Assembly (NCBI GenBank): GCA_963829055.1
Contig: CAWHHI010000004.1
Coordinates: 736,001 to 800,000, forward strand
DNA length: 64,000 nucleotides
Direction of reading: 5' to 3'
Source: an uncultured Gemmatimonadaceae bacterium
GTDB lineage: Bacteria; Gemmatimonadota; Gemmatimonadetes; Gemmatimonadales; Gemmatimonadaceae
In this document: positions 53,862 to 62,893 of the stretch, in pieces
Position numbering within the stretch: the stretch's first letter is position 1
Layout of the letters: the number at the start of each line of letters is the position of its first letter
Made by a program: the position numbers and the translations under genes
The notes under the pieces: model-generated
Seen by the model: only the letters and a program-made list of their open reading frames with translations
Databases searched by the model: none
What the model was told of the DNA's origin: nothing

Positions 53862-55310
53862 ATGATCCGCTACCACGCACGCTGGGTGTTACCCATATCA
53901 CGACCGCCGCTCGAGAACGCGACGGTCGTCGAGCATGAGGGCCGAATCGTGTTTGTCGGCGGCCCCGCTGACGCCCCACCCGGCACGGACGTGGACCTCG
54001 GCGACGTCGCGCTGCTCCCCGGTCTCGTGAACGCGCACACTCACCTCGAGCTCACCGTGATGCGCGGTTTCCTCGAGGACCTCGCGTTTCGCTCGTGGAT
54101 CACGCGCCTCACACGGGCGCGCCGCGCCGCACTCTCGCCCGACGCGCTCGTCGAGTCGGCTCGCGCCGGAATCGCCGAGGGGCTGCTCGCTGGCATTACC
54201 ACGTACGCAGACACGAACGAATCCGGCGCTCCGTTTCGAGCGCTGCTACAGATGGGCGTGCGCGGCATCGCGTATCAGGAAGTGTTTGGTCCTGACCCGG
54301 CGCAATGCGCGGAGGCGCTCGGCGGATTGCGCGCCAAGGTCGACGTGCTCCGTCGCGACGAAAGCACGCTGGTGAGCGTTGGCGTGTCTCCGCATGCGCC
54401 ATATTCGGTGTGCGACGCGCTGTTCGAGGCGACTGCGAAGTACGCACGCGAGGACGGGCTGCCGGTCGCCGTCCACATCGCCGAGAGCGAGGACGAATCC
54501 AGTCTGGTTCGGCATGCCACGGGGCTCTGGGCCGACGATCATCGGCAGCGGGGAATACCGACGGTTTCGCGCGGTGCCTCTCCGATTCGCATGCTGGAGC
54601 GGACCGGTGTGCTCGACGCCCGGCCCCTGCTCATCCACTGCGTTCGCGCGGACGCCGACGACATCGGCGTCATCGCTCGTCACGACTGCTCGGTCGCCCA
54701 CTGTCCGGCATCGAACGCGAAGCTGGGCCACGGGATCGCGCCGCTGTTCGCGATGCTCGAAGCCGGAATCCGCGTCGGCCTCGGCTCGGACTCGGTCGCG
54801 AGTAACAACCGAATGGATCTGCTCGACGAAGCCCGTCTGGCGATCCTCATGCAGCGAGCGGTGCTCGAGCGCCACGACATCGTCAGCGCGTCGGTGGCGC
54901 TCGAGCTCGCGACGTTAGGCAGCGCACGCGCGATCGGCCTTGGCGCGGAGATCGGGTCGCTGGACGTCGGCAAGGCGGCAGACCTGGCTGCGTTCCGGCT
55001 CGATCAGCCGCGGTCGATGCCGGTCTACGATCCCGCGACGGCCCTCGTGTTCTCGACTTCAGGACCCGCGGCGACGTTCGTTGCCGTGGCCGGCCGGCCG
55101 CTCGTGCGCGATGGACGCCTCGTCGGCGATGCCGCCAAGCGCACCAAGCGTCGATGCCGCCGCCAACGCGCTCGCCGACTGGTCGCGTCGCGACCCCGGC
55201 GCGTTCCCGGCGCCCACCGCCATTACCCGTTAGGTACCGGAGCCCGCCACCGCCTCCTCGAGGGCAAGAAATTCCGCGCCGGGCTGGTCAGGCATGTGGG
55301 CTGCTCCTGA
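53862..55310 (+). CDS. Amidohydrolase family protein (MtaD/5'-deoxyadenosine deaminase-like); C-terminus possibly frameshifted near 55140
   Basis: PGLVNAHTHL, SPHAPYS, HIAES, HCPASNAKL, LGSDS, GSLDVGKAADL. Confidence 0.88.
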   Translation: MIRYHARWVLPISRPPLENATVVEHEGRIVFVGGPADAPPGTDVDLGDVALLPGLVNAHTHLELTVMRGFLEDLAFRSWITRLTRARRAALSPDALVESARAGIAEGLLAGITTYADTNESGAPFRALLQMGVRGIAYQEVFGPDPAQCAEALGGLRAKVDVLRRDESTLVSVGVSPHAPYSVCDALFEATAKYAREDGLPVAVHIAESEDESSLVRHATGLWADDHRQRGIPTVSRGASPIRMLERTGVLDARPLLIHCVRADADDIGVIARHDCSVAHCPASNAKLGHGIAPLFAMLEAGIRVGLGSDSVASNNRMDLLDEARLAILMQRAVLERHDIVSASVALELATLGSARAIGLGAEIGSLDVGKAADLAAFRLDQPRSMPVYDPATALVFSTSGPAATFVAVAGRPLVRDGRLVGDAAKRTKRRCRRQRARRLVASRPRRVPGAHRHYPLGTGARHRLLEGKKFRAGLVRHVGCS

Positions 55311-55370
55311 GCGGCGTTTCGTGCGGGTCGTTATCATCCAAGCTGCCCCATCACCTACAGGGTTACACCG

Positions 55371-56324
55371 ATGACCGATCGCTCTGCCGGACCAACCGCG
55401 AAGATCTGGCGAGACGGCGAGCTCGTGAACTGGGAGGACGCGACCATCCACGTGATGAGTCATGTCGTCCATTATGGATCGAGTGTCTTCGAGGGAATTC
55501 GCTGCTACGAGACGCCCTCAGGCGGCGCCATCTTCCGTCTGCGCGAGCACATGCGCCGGCTCCACGGCTCCTGCAAGATCTACCGGATGCCGATGAAGTG
55601 GTCGGTCGAGGAGCTGATGCAGGCGACGGTCGACACCGTTGCGGCGAACGATCTCCGTACGTGCTACCTGAGACCGGTTGCGGTCCGGACCGGCGAGCAG
55701 ATGGGATTTTACCCCATCGGCATTCCCGTCGAAACGTTCATCATCGCGTACAACTGGGGCGCTTACCTCGGCCATGAGGCGCTCGTCAACGGAGTAGACG
55801 TGCATGTGTCGAGCTGGCGTCGAGCCGCACCAGACACGTTCCCCACGCTGGCCAAGGCTGGCGGCAACTACCTGAACTCCCAGCTTTCCAAGGCGCAGGC
55901 CCGGGTCGACGGGTACGCTGAGGGAATCATGCTCGATTCGTTCGGGTACGTGGCGGAAGGCAGCGGCGAGAACCTGTTCCTCGTTCGTGACGGAGCGTTG
56001 TACACGTCGCCGGTCGCGGCGGGGATCCTGCACGGCATTACACGCGACTCCGTGATGCGCATTGCGCGCGATCTCGGCTACGAGGTCCGAGAGCAGAATA
56101 TCCCGCGCGAGATGCTTTATCTCGCCGACGAGCTATTCTTCTCTGGTACAGCGGCAGAGCTCACCCCGATTCGTTCGGTCGATCGGATCGAGATCGGGAG
56201 TGGAAAGCCGGGTCCGATCACGCTTGCGATTCAGGAGCGGTACATGGCGATCGTGAAAGGACGAGTCCCTGATCCGTATGGCTGGCTAACGCCGGTCCCG
56301 ACGCCCGTTGCGGCCGGCGCCTGA
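55371..56324 (+). CDS. ilvE: Branched-chain amino acid aminotransferase
   Basis: HYGSSVFEGIRCY, YLRP, AKAGGNY, EGSGENLF, LHGITR, GTAAE. Confidence 0.95.
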   Translation: MTDRSAGPTAKIWRDGELVNWEDATIHVMSHVVHYGSSVFEGIRCYETPSGGAIFRLREHMRRLHGSCKIYRMPMKWSVEELMQATVDTVAANDLRTCYLRPVAVRTGEQMGFYPIGIPVETFIIAYNWGAYLGHEALVNGVDVHVSSWRRAAPDTFPTLAKAGGNYLNSQLSKAQARVDGYAEGIMLDSFGYVAEGSGENLFLVRDGALYTSPVAAGILHGITRDSVMRIARDLGYEVREQNIPREMLYLADELFFSGTAAELTPIRSVDRIEIGSGKPGPITLAIQERYMAIVKGRVPDPYGWLTPVPTPVAAGA

Positions 56325-56513
56325 ACCGGATGATGATGCAGGGACTTGGGTCGGGAGGAGTCATCTTGTTCTCCCATCGGCACTTTACTACGTTGCGAGG
56401 GGTCTAACACTCGGCGAGAGCCAGCCTCGTCGATGGACGGTGCCGCAAGAGAACTCGCACTCCCGCGCGGATGGTTCCGGCGGGAGTTCGCATACGCACC
56501 GACGGAGGTGTGC

Positions 56514-57104
56514 GTGATCCTTGGGTGTCTGGCACTAAACGCGTCGTTCGAACCGCTGACCATGGTTCCCATGCGTCGGGCGCTTCGGCTCGTCATTGAC
56601 GGGAAGGCCGAGATCGTCGAGGCCGATCCCGATCGTGTCGTGCGCTCCGAGCGGCTGACCATGCCCCGCCCGGCGGTGATCCGGCTCACGAAGTTCATCC
56701 ACGTGCCGCGACGCTTCCGACGCCAGGTGACGAACACCTTCCTGTTCGCCCGGGATCACTACCGCTGCCAGTACTGTGGACGCACGCAGGCCGAGCTTCG
56801 TCTGCGTGAGTCGCTGACTCGGGATCACCTTATTCCGCTGTCGCGGGGCGGCACGAACGACTGGAGCAACGTCGTGACGGCCTGCAGCCCGTGCAACACG
56901 CGTAAGGCGAACCGTCTGCCGAGCGAGATCGGGATGCACCCGATGACGCACCCGGTCGAGCCGCACTTCGTGCACCTGAGCTGGGCGGTCCGACGCCTCA
57001 CGCCGACACAGGCGCGCTATATCCGTCTCTTCTACGGTGCCGAGGTCTTGCACCAGATAGAGGAACTGGAAGGAAGAAGCCGCTCAGTCGGGAATCGGGA
57101 ATAG
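56514..57104 (+). CDS. HNH endonuclease (McrA/HNH_5-like)
   Basis: LNASFEPL, RDHYRCQYCG, DHLIPLSRGG, NVVTACSPCNTRK; GGAGG upstream of GTG 56514. Confidence 0.9.
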   Translation: MILGCLALNASFEPLTMVPMRRALRLVIDGKAEIVEADPDRVVRSERLTMPRPAVIRLTKFIHVPRRFRRQVTNTFLFARDHYRCQYCGRTQAELRLRESLTRDHLIPLSRGGTNDWSNVVTACSPCNTRKANRLPSEIGMHPMTHPVEPHFVHLSWAVRRLTPTQARYIRLFYGAEVLHQIEELEGRSRSVGNRE

Positions 57105-57107
57105 AAG

Positions 57108-57175
57108 GATTGGGTCAGAGTAAAAACGGGGTCAGAGTCAACCGACTCTGACCCCGTTTTTACTCTGACCCAATC
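57108..57175. repeat. Perfect 32-bp inverted repeat (GGGTCAGAGT modules) between convergent genes
   Basis: gattgggtcagagtaaaaacggggtcagagtc - aacc - gactctgaccccgtttttactctgacccaatc. Confidence 0.9.
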
Positions 57176-57189
57176 GCGCCTTCGGTGTT

Positions 57190-57233
57190 CACTCAGCGTC
57201 ACCCGCAACCAGCACGACCACCCAGCGACCAGC
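57190..57233 (-). repeat. 45-nt dispersed repeat, copy 3
   Basis: Reverse complement gctggtcgctgggtggtcgtgctggttgcgggtgacgctgagtg. Confidence 0.85.
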
Positions 57234-57240
57234 GTGCAGT

Positions 57241-57939
57241 TTACTTCCCGGTTCTGAATGTTTCGGTCCGCTGCTCATACCGGCGCTTTTCGCCCCCGAG
57301 CAGCCGAGTTGCCAGAGTGGAAAGTCCCCGGCCTAACGCGGTCCCCGGATTTCGTTTGCCGCGCACCGCGGGACGCAGCTCGCCGCTCAGCCAGCGTTCC
57401 ACTTCATCGAGATCGGACATCGACAGCACTTCGACCTCGAGGGACACGATGTAGTACTGACGGGCGCGGGCGCGTCGGGCCGGAAGCGGCGCCGTGTACG
57501 GGCGAGCGATCGCCGCCTGCGCGTCCTCATAGCGTTCGAAGCGGCCGAGGTTCTCTGCCTTGTTCCCGATCACCCTCGCCACCCGGTACGTCTTGGTCAG
57601 CGGCTCGTAGCGAACGAACACGTCCCACTCGATCGACGCCTCGATGTCATCGAACCAGCCACCGCGCGACCACAGATCGGCACGGTAATGCAGGTTCGCG
57701 GGGAAGCCGTTCTGCAGCAGCTTCTGCAGTTCGCGATCGGCGATGACGTTCGCGGTGCGAATGACCGGTCCGGCGGGAGCGGGCGATGCGGCAGGCAGCG
57801 ATACGTCGATTCCCGCAGCCTGCTGCACAATGGCAGGCGCGTCCGCGCGATCAGGCTGGTCGCGGCGCGCCGACTGCTGCGCAATCGCAGCAGTGGCCAT
57901 GGATACCACCAGAACCAGCGCGCCCGCGAACGATTGCAC
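57241..57939 (-). CDS. Exported DUF4390-like protein
   Basis: Signal peptide; 'LQKLLQNGFPANLHY...W.D...RYEPLTKTYRV' pattern. Confidence 0.6.
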   Translation of the reverse strand: MQSFAGALVLVVSMATAAIAQQSARRDQPDRADAPAIVQQAAGIDVSLPAASPAPAGPVIRTANVIADRELQKLLQNGFPANLHYRADLWSRGGWFDDIEASIEWDVFVRYEPLTKTYRVARVIGNKAENLGRFERYEDAQAAIARPYTAPLPARRARARQYYIVSLEVEVLSMSDLDEVERWLSGELRPAVRGKRNPGTALGRGLSTLATRLLGGEKRRYEQRTETFRTGK

Positions 57940-57942
57940 GGT

Positions 57943-59688
57943 CTAGAACCGTTTGCCAACGCGAATAAAAAAGTTCGGCGGTTCCTTCGAGTCCGACACG
58001 GACTTCGCGACGTACAGCCCGAAGAGGCCGGCGTCGAACCCAGCGCCGATGTCCGTCTTGAACGTACCGAGCGACGGCAGGTCACCCTTCGGATATTGCA
58101 AGTCGCCGATGCGCTCGCCGACGAGCCACCCGCGTCCGGCGTCCGTGAACACCACCCACTGAGCGCGGTGCTGCCAGCCGCTGTTGCGCCACGAATTGAA
58201 GTGGAGATTGTCGAACAGCGACATCCAGAGATCGCCGCGATACTCCGCCTGCACGAGCACCATCCGCTCGCACTGCGCCGGCACGCCTAACGGGATGGTG
58301 GCACCATCGCTGCATTGACGAACGTCAGTGTCGGACCCGGTTCGCCGGAACGGAAACCCGTCGAGCGCTCCAGGCCCGCCAAGAGAAAACCGGCGCTGGA
58401 GTGGTAGCTCGTCTCCGTTCAGCCAACCGCCGGCCACGACGCGGAAGTTGAGCTGTCCTTCGGGCGACAGACGGTTATAGCGCCGGAGATCGAGGAACCC
58501 ACGCGAATAGGCCATGGAACCAGCCGACGCTGCGTCGCGTACGCCGGGTGACGTCGGACCTAACGCCGTGAGTGCGCCGGTGCCCCGCTCGTAATCAGCC
58601 GTGATCTTCCAGCCCGATCGCGGATCATCATTATCGCTGCGCGTATCGATGCGCAGGGTCCCATTCGCGACGTGCAGCGTGCCTTCGTCGAGCGTGGGGT
58701 TCGGACGCCAGTCCTGGCCGTTCCGGAAGAGCGTGAATGGATCGAGCGTGTTCAGTGATACCCAGCGCTCATCGCTGAGGGACGCGGTGACGTCGACGCT
58801 CCTCGAGAGCGAGAACCTGACGTAACCGGACCCGCCGTGGCGGCTGTAGTAGTCGCGGAAGTCTCGGTGCAGGAAGAACGATGACAGCCCGACCTCGGCA
58901 TCGGACAACTGCCACGCCTCCACCGGATCCACCACGTCGAACAGCCGCCCGCCGATCGCCAGGCCCTCGGCACGGCCAAACGACAGCTCGGTCTTCAGGT
59001 TGTGGCCGACGGTCTGCGAGTTCCACTCGAGCTGATCGCCCGTCCTGAACACGCCGAGCGCATCGATCTCGAAGCGGCCGTCGCCGAAGCGATGACCGAA
59101 TGACGGGCCGATGAGAATCGGCAGGCCCTCGACGCGATTGTAGGTCTTGGCCGACACGAGGCGCAGTTGACTGTAGTTGCGCGAGTGCCAGTTCTGACGC
59201 CATCGCCACCAGCGTGCATCCTCCTCGCTCGACCCGGACGCGATCAGGTGGTCCCCTTCGCGCCGGTACGTGAGGCGTTGCTTGTACGTCCGGACGTCTC
59301 CGCCAATGAACGCGTCGTCCTTCCCATCGACGCCTCCGCCGACGACGATGATCTGCCCTTCGACGCGCGCACCTGGCTTGAGGATCACGTCCGAGTTGAT
59401 CGCGACCACGCGTCCGTTCACGCGCCCGGCAATCGTGAGCGGCCCGTTCAGAACCGCGACGTCACCGGGGATGACGCGGTCCGCTTCGATCTCGTAGGCG
59501 CCGGTGGCGCGGACGGTCGTCCCCGAGTTGAACGCGTCCGTGACCTCGCGCTCGATCTCAGGAGGTAAAAGCCGGGTATCGAGAACCGTGTCGCGCGGCG
59601 TTGCCGGCTGCTGCGCGCCGACCGGCGTGAGAGGAGCGACCGCGCACATCAACGTGGCGAGTGCGCGAGTCGCGAAGAGCTTCTTCAT
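57943..59688 (-). CDS. Omp85/BamA-TamA-like outer membrane beta-barrel with an N-terminal beta-helix (bactofilin-like) segment
   Basis: Signal peptide; GDVAVLNGPLTIAGRVNGRVVAINSDVILKPGARVEGQIIVVGG; YNRVEG; 'LPLQRRFSLGGPGALDGF'; C-terminal FFIRVGKRF. Confidence 0.75.
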   Translation of the reverse strand: MKKLFATRALATLMCAVAPLTPVGAQQPATPRDTVLDTRLLPPEIEREVTDAFNSGTTVRATGAYEIEADRVIPGDVAVLNGPLTIAGRVNGRVVAINSDVILKPGARVEGQIIVVGGGVDGKDDAFIGGDVRTYKQRLTYRREGDHLIASGSSEEDARWWRWRQNWHSRNYSQLRLVSAKTYNRVEGLPILIGPSFGHRFGDGRFEIDALGVFRTGDQLEWNSQTVGHNLKTELSFGRAEGLAIGGRLFDVVDPVEAWQLSDAEVGLSSFFLHRDFRDYYSRHGGSGYVRFSLSRSVDVTASLSDERWVSLNTLDPFTLFRNGQDWRPNPTLDEGTLHVANGTLRIDTRSDNDDPRSGWKITADYERGTGALTALGPTSPGVRDAASAGSMAYSRGFLDLRRYNRLSPEGQLNFRVVAGGWLNGDELPLQRRFSLGGPGALDGFPFRRTGSDTDVRQCSDGATIPLGVPAQCERMVLVQAEYRGDLWMSLFDNLHFNSWRNSGWQHRAQWVVFTDAGRGWLVGERIGDLQYPKGDLPSLGTFKTDIGAGFDAGLFGLYVAKSVSDSKEPPNFFIRVGKRF

Positions 59689-59916
59689 GCGATCTCCGAG
59701 GAGGAATCGAGTCGCGCACACGCTAGGCACTGTCCATACCGGTGCCTGACCAGAGTCCTGAGGCACGGTACCGACAAACACCGCAACGGGTTCCCGAATC
59801 CGCAAGATACCACCCGCCTTGTCCCGGTGTCCTTTCGTGAGGTCGTGGGTGTGTCGGGCCGTTACGCCGTCCGCAGTAAGCGTGTCACACGCACCGAGCC
59901 CGGAACGGCGCGCGGG

Positions 59917-61357
59917 CTAGGCGCGGCGCGACTCGACGGGCGAGCTCGACGGCGTGTCTGCACGCTCGCTCCGATCCCCTCGATCGGGTTCGACGATGCC
60001 GAGTCGCTTCATCCTGCGGTACAGGTTCGGCCGATCCGTTTGCAGCCTGCGCGCGGCCTCTGCGATGTTGCCGCCCGCGACGGAGAGTGCGCGTGTGATG
60101 AGAACGCGCTCGTATTCATCGAGCGTATCGGTAAGCGGAGTATCCAGCGCCGCCGCGTTAGGTAGCGTCGGAGGGTGCGGGGAACGCGCTGACGCCACCG
60201 GCAGCACTTCACGCACGTCGTCACTCGTGACCTGGCGGCCGGGGTAGAGAATCGCGAGTCGCTCCACGATGTTCGCGAGCTCGCGGATGTTCCCTGGCCA
60301 GCGATGCCGCGCGAGCGCGTCGAGCGCGTCGGCGCTCCACGACGTGAGCGGCTGCCCGGTGCGTCCGCGGTGCAGGGCGGAGAAATGGCGTACGAGGGCT
60401 GGGATGTCGTCCGGCCGTTCGCGCAGTGGGGGGATCGCGAGCGGAATGACGTTCAGCCGAAAGAACAGGTCCTCGCGGAACGTGCCGTCCTCGACAGCGC
60501 GCGTGAGGTCCTTGTTCGTTGCCGAGAGGATGCGAACGTCGATCCGGATGGGTTTTCCCCCGCCGACGCGCTCGATCTCACCGGACTCGATCGCCCGCAA
60601 CAGCTTTGCCTGGGCCTCGGCACCGAGGTCCCCAACCTCGTCCAGGAGCAGCGTGCCGCGGTCTGCCAGCTCGAAGCGGCCGATGCGGCGCTCTGTCGCA
60701 CCGGTGAACGCGCCTCGCTCGTGACCGAACATTCTCGCTCTCGACGAGATCGCGTGGAATGGCCGCGCAGTTGACCCGAATGAACGGCCGATCCTTGCGT
60801 GCTCCTCCGGCGTGAATCGCCGCAGCGACGAGCTCCTTGCCCGTTCCTGATTCCCCGGTGATCAGCACGCGCGCGTCCGACGGTGCGACGCGCGCGATCA
60901 TGTCGCGCACTCGCCGGAGCGCAGGGCTCTGGCCGATCATCTCGCCGGCGAGCCCGAGGTCGGCGCGCAGGACGCGTGCTTCTCGCCTTGCGTGCCGCAG
61001 CTCGAGCGCCGATGACAGTGCCAGCAGCACGCCTTCAGGCGTGAGCGGCTTCTCGAGGAAGTTGAACGCACCGAGCTTGGTGGCGTGCACCGCATCGCTC
61101 AGCCCGGCGCGACCGCTCATCATGACGACAGGCAACTCGGGCGTGCGCTCGCGAAGGGCGGCGAGAACGGCCATGCCGTCCATCTCGCCGGGCATCATGA
61201 GGTCGACGAGCGCGACGTCGGGCTCCGCCTCGGTCGCGAGCGCGACACCGCGGGCGCCATCGGGCGCCTCACGGACCTCGTAGCCTTCCGAAGTGAGCAA
61301 CGCGCCCACCATGCGGCGGATGTTCGGCTCGTCGTCAACGATGAGGACGGAGGGCAC
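59917..61357 (-). CDS. Sigma54-dependent response regulator (NtrX/NtrC family); frameshift near 60733
   Basis: REC, GESGTGKE and VNCAAIP in one frame. MFGHERGAFTGA, LLDEVGD, WPGNIREL and HTH in the next frame. Confidence 0.92.
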
Positions 61358-61363
61358 GACCGC

Positions 61364-61943
61364 CTAACGTGCTTCGCGCGCGCGCAGCGGAACAGCGACG
61401 CGGTCGGCGCCGGGATCTCCCTGCGGGAGCGAGCGCATCTCGGCCATGACCTTCGTCGTGAAGCGCTGGCCTTCGGAGATGCGCTCGACCTCTACGGCGA
61501 TCGATTCTACCGCCTGCTCGATGCGCTCGAGTCGTGCGCGCGTATCGGAATCGGCTCCGGGCGTAACCGCGTTGCGCCTGTCCATGCGTCGCGCGATTGC
61601 CCGTGCGATGGGGAATCCGATCGCGATCACGGCGCACATGATGAAGAACGCCACGGAGATGATGATCGCCCCTTCAGGAACCTGCGGCCCGGAGTTCGGA
61701 AACGGCGGGAACATTATTTCCGGCCGTCCATTCCGCCCGGCACGCCCGGCCTCGCGTTGCGCGTCGCGAATGGCGCGCGCCGCTTCACGGGCGGCCTCGC
61801 GTGCAGCCTGCGCGGCCTCCTGCGCAGCCTGCTGCGCTTCCTGTTGGGCGGCGGCTGCTTGCTGTTGCGCCGCCTGCTGCCTGTGTCTGCGCCTGTGCCT
61901 GCGCCTGCTGCGGGCCTGCCACTGCGATCGGTTCAACGGCCAT
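61364..61943 (-). CDS. EGQRF-motif membrane/coiled-coil protein, paralog 1 (Q/A-rich N-terminal extension; frameshift near 61880)
   Basis: GGAGG + ATG at 61943; TM helix; ARLERIEQAVESIAVEVERISEGQRFTTKVM. Confidence 0.75.
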
Positions 61944-62268
61944 GGTTTCCTCCATTTCCATTCGTTCCATCGGCGCCCAGGCGACGGTTTGCGGACGACC
62001 CGACGCCCTCACCGAAACGCTCGGCCAGCAACTTTGTCGTGAAACGCTGGCCCTCCGACATCCGCTCCACCTCGATCGCAATGGTGTCGACGGCCTGTTC
62101 GATGCGCGACATGCGATCCTGAACGTCCGGCGAGAGATCGGGTTGCGAGGCCTTCTTGCGAACTTGCAGACTCTGCACGTACGCCTGCCCGATCGAGACG
62201 ACCGTGATGGCGACGGTCGCACAGACGCCCAACGCGATGATCGCTTGTGCTGCGTCGTTCATGAGCAT
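61933..62268 (-). CDS. EGQRF-motif membrane/coiled-coil protein, paralog 2
   Basis: GGAGG RBS; TM helix; DRMSRIEQAVDTIAIEVERMSEGQRFTTKLL. Confidence 0.8.
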   Translation of the reverse strand: MLMNDAAQAIIALGVCATVAITVVSIGQAYVQSLQVRKKASQPDLSPDVQDRMSRIEQAVDTIAIEVERMSEGQRFTTKLLAERFGEGVGSSANRRLGADGTNGNGGNHGR

Positions 62269-62289
62269 GATCCGGGTCCTCCGCGTTCT

Positions 62290-62583
62290 CTACGAGTTAC
62301 GATTCGCGTCCGAGAGCGGCAAGGCAACGCGCTCCGGTGATCGATCGGTCATGAGCCGCGTCACGAACCGCTGCCCCTCGGCGATCCGCTCCACCTCGAT
62401 CGACATTGCGTCGATCGCCTGCTCGATGCGCTCGAGCCGCGCCGCGGTATCGGGCTGCTGGGCGGGCAGGGCACTCTGGCGATCCCACCGCCTCACGAGA
62501 CCCCGGACCAGCGGAATCCCGATCGACAGGATGATCGCCGTCACGAAGAACGCAATCGGCACGACAATGTCTTCATCCCACAC
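62290..62583 (-). CDS. EGQRF-motif membrane/coiled-coil protein, paralog 3
   Basis: GAGGA + GTG; TM helix; ARLERIEQAIDAMSIEVERIAEGQRFVTRLM. Confidence 0.8.
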   Translation of the reverse strand: MWDEDIVVPIAFFVTAIILSIGIPLVRGLVRRWDRQSALPAQQPDTAARLERIEQAIDAMSIEVERIAEGQRFVTRLMTDRSPERVALPLSDANRNS

Positions 62584-62596
62584 TGGTTTGATCCTC

Positions 62597-62893
62597 TCAG
62601 TCTCTGCGCGCGAGCGCGCTGTCGGGTCGACCGGCATCGGCGCGACCCGCGAGGAGCTTCGACGTGAAACGTTGTCCCTCGGCGATTCGCTCGACCTCTA
62701 CCGCAATGGCATTGATCGCCTGCTCCATACGCTCGAGCCTCGCGCCTATCTCGTTAGGCACCGATTCCGGCGAGCCGCCACGAACACCGTGTTCGATTCG
62801 TCGCGCGATGGCCCGCGCGATCGGCGCGCCGATGACGGTGATCGGAACCATTGTGAAGAGCACGATCGGGATCAGCTCACCGGGAATCCGCAC
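62597..62893 (-). CDS. EGQRF-motif membrane/coiled-coil protein, paralog 4
   Basis: GGAGG + GTG; TM helix; ARLERMEQAINAIAVEVERIAEGQRFTSKLL. Confidence 0.8.
   Translation of the reverse strand: MRIPGELIPIVLFTMVPITVIGAPIARAIARRIEHGVRGGSPESVPNEIGARLERMEQAINAIAVEVERIAEGQRFTSKLLAGRADAGRPDSALARRD

Noticed and set aside
56346..57175. HNH gene plus flanking hairpins as an IscB/OMEGA or CRISPR-type system
   Set aside because: The protein is a short stand-alone HNH without PLMP or RuvC motifs, and there is no repeat-spacer array anywhere in the window.
59700..59916. Sigma54 promoter upstream of the Omp85-like gene
   Set aside because: The best minus-strand candidate (GGGAACCCGTTGC) has 9 rather than 10 nt between GG and GC, so it is not supportable.
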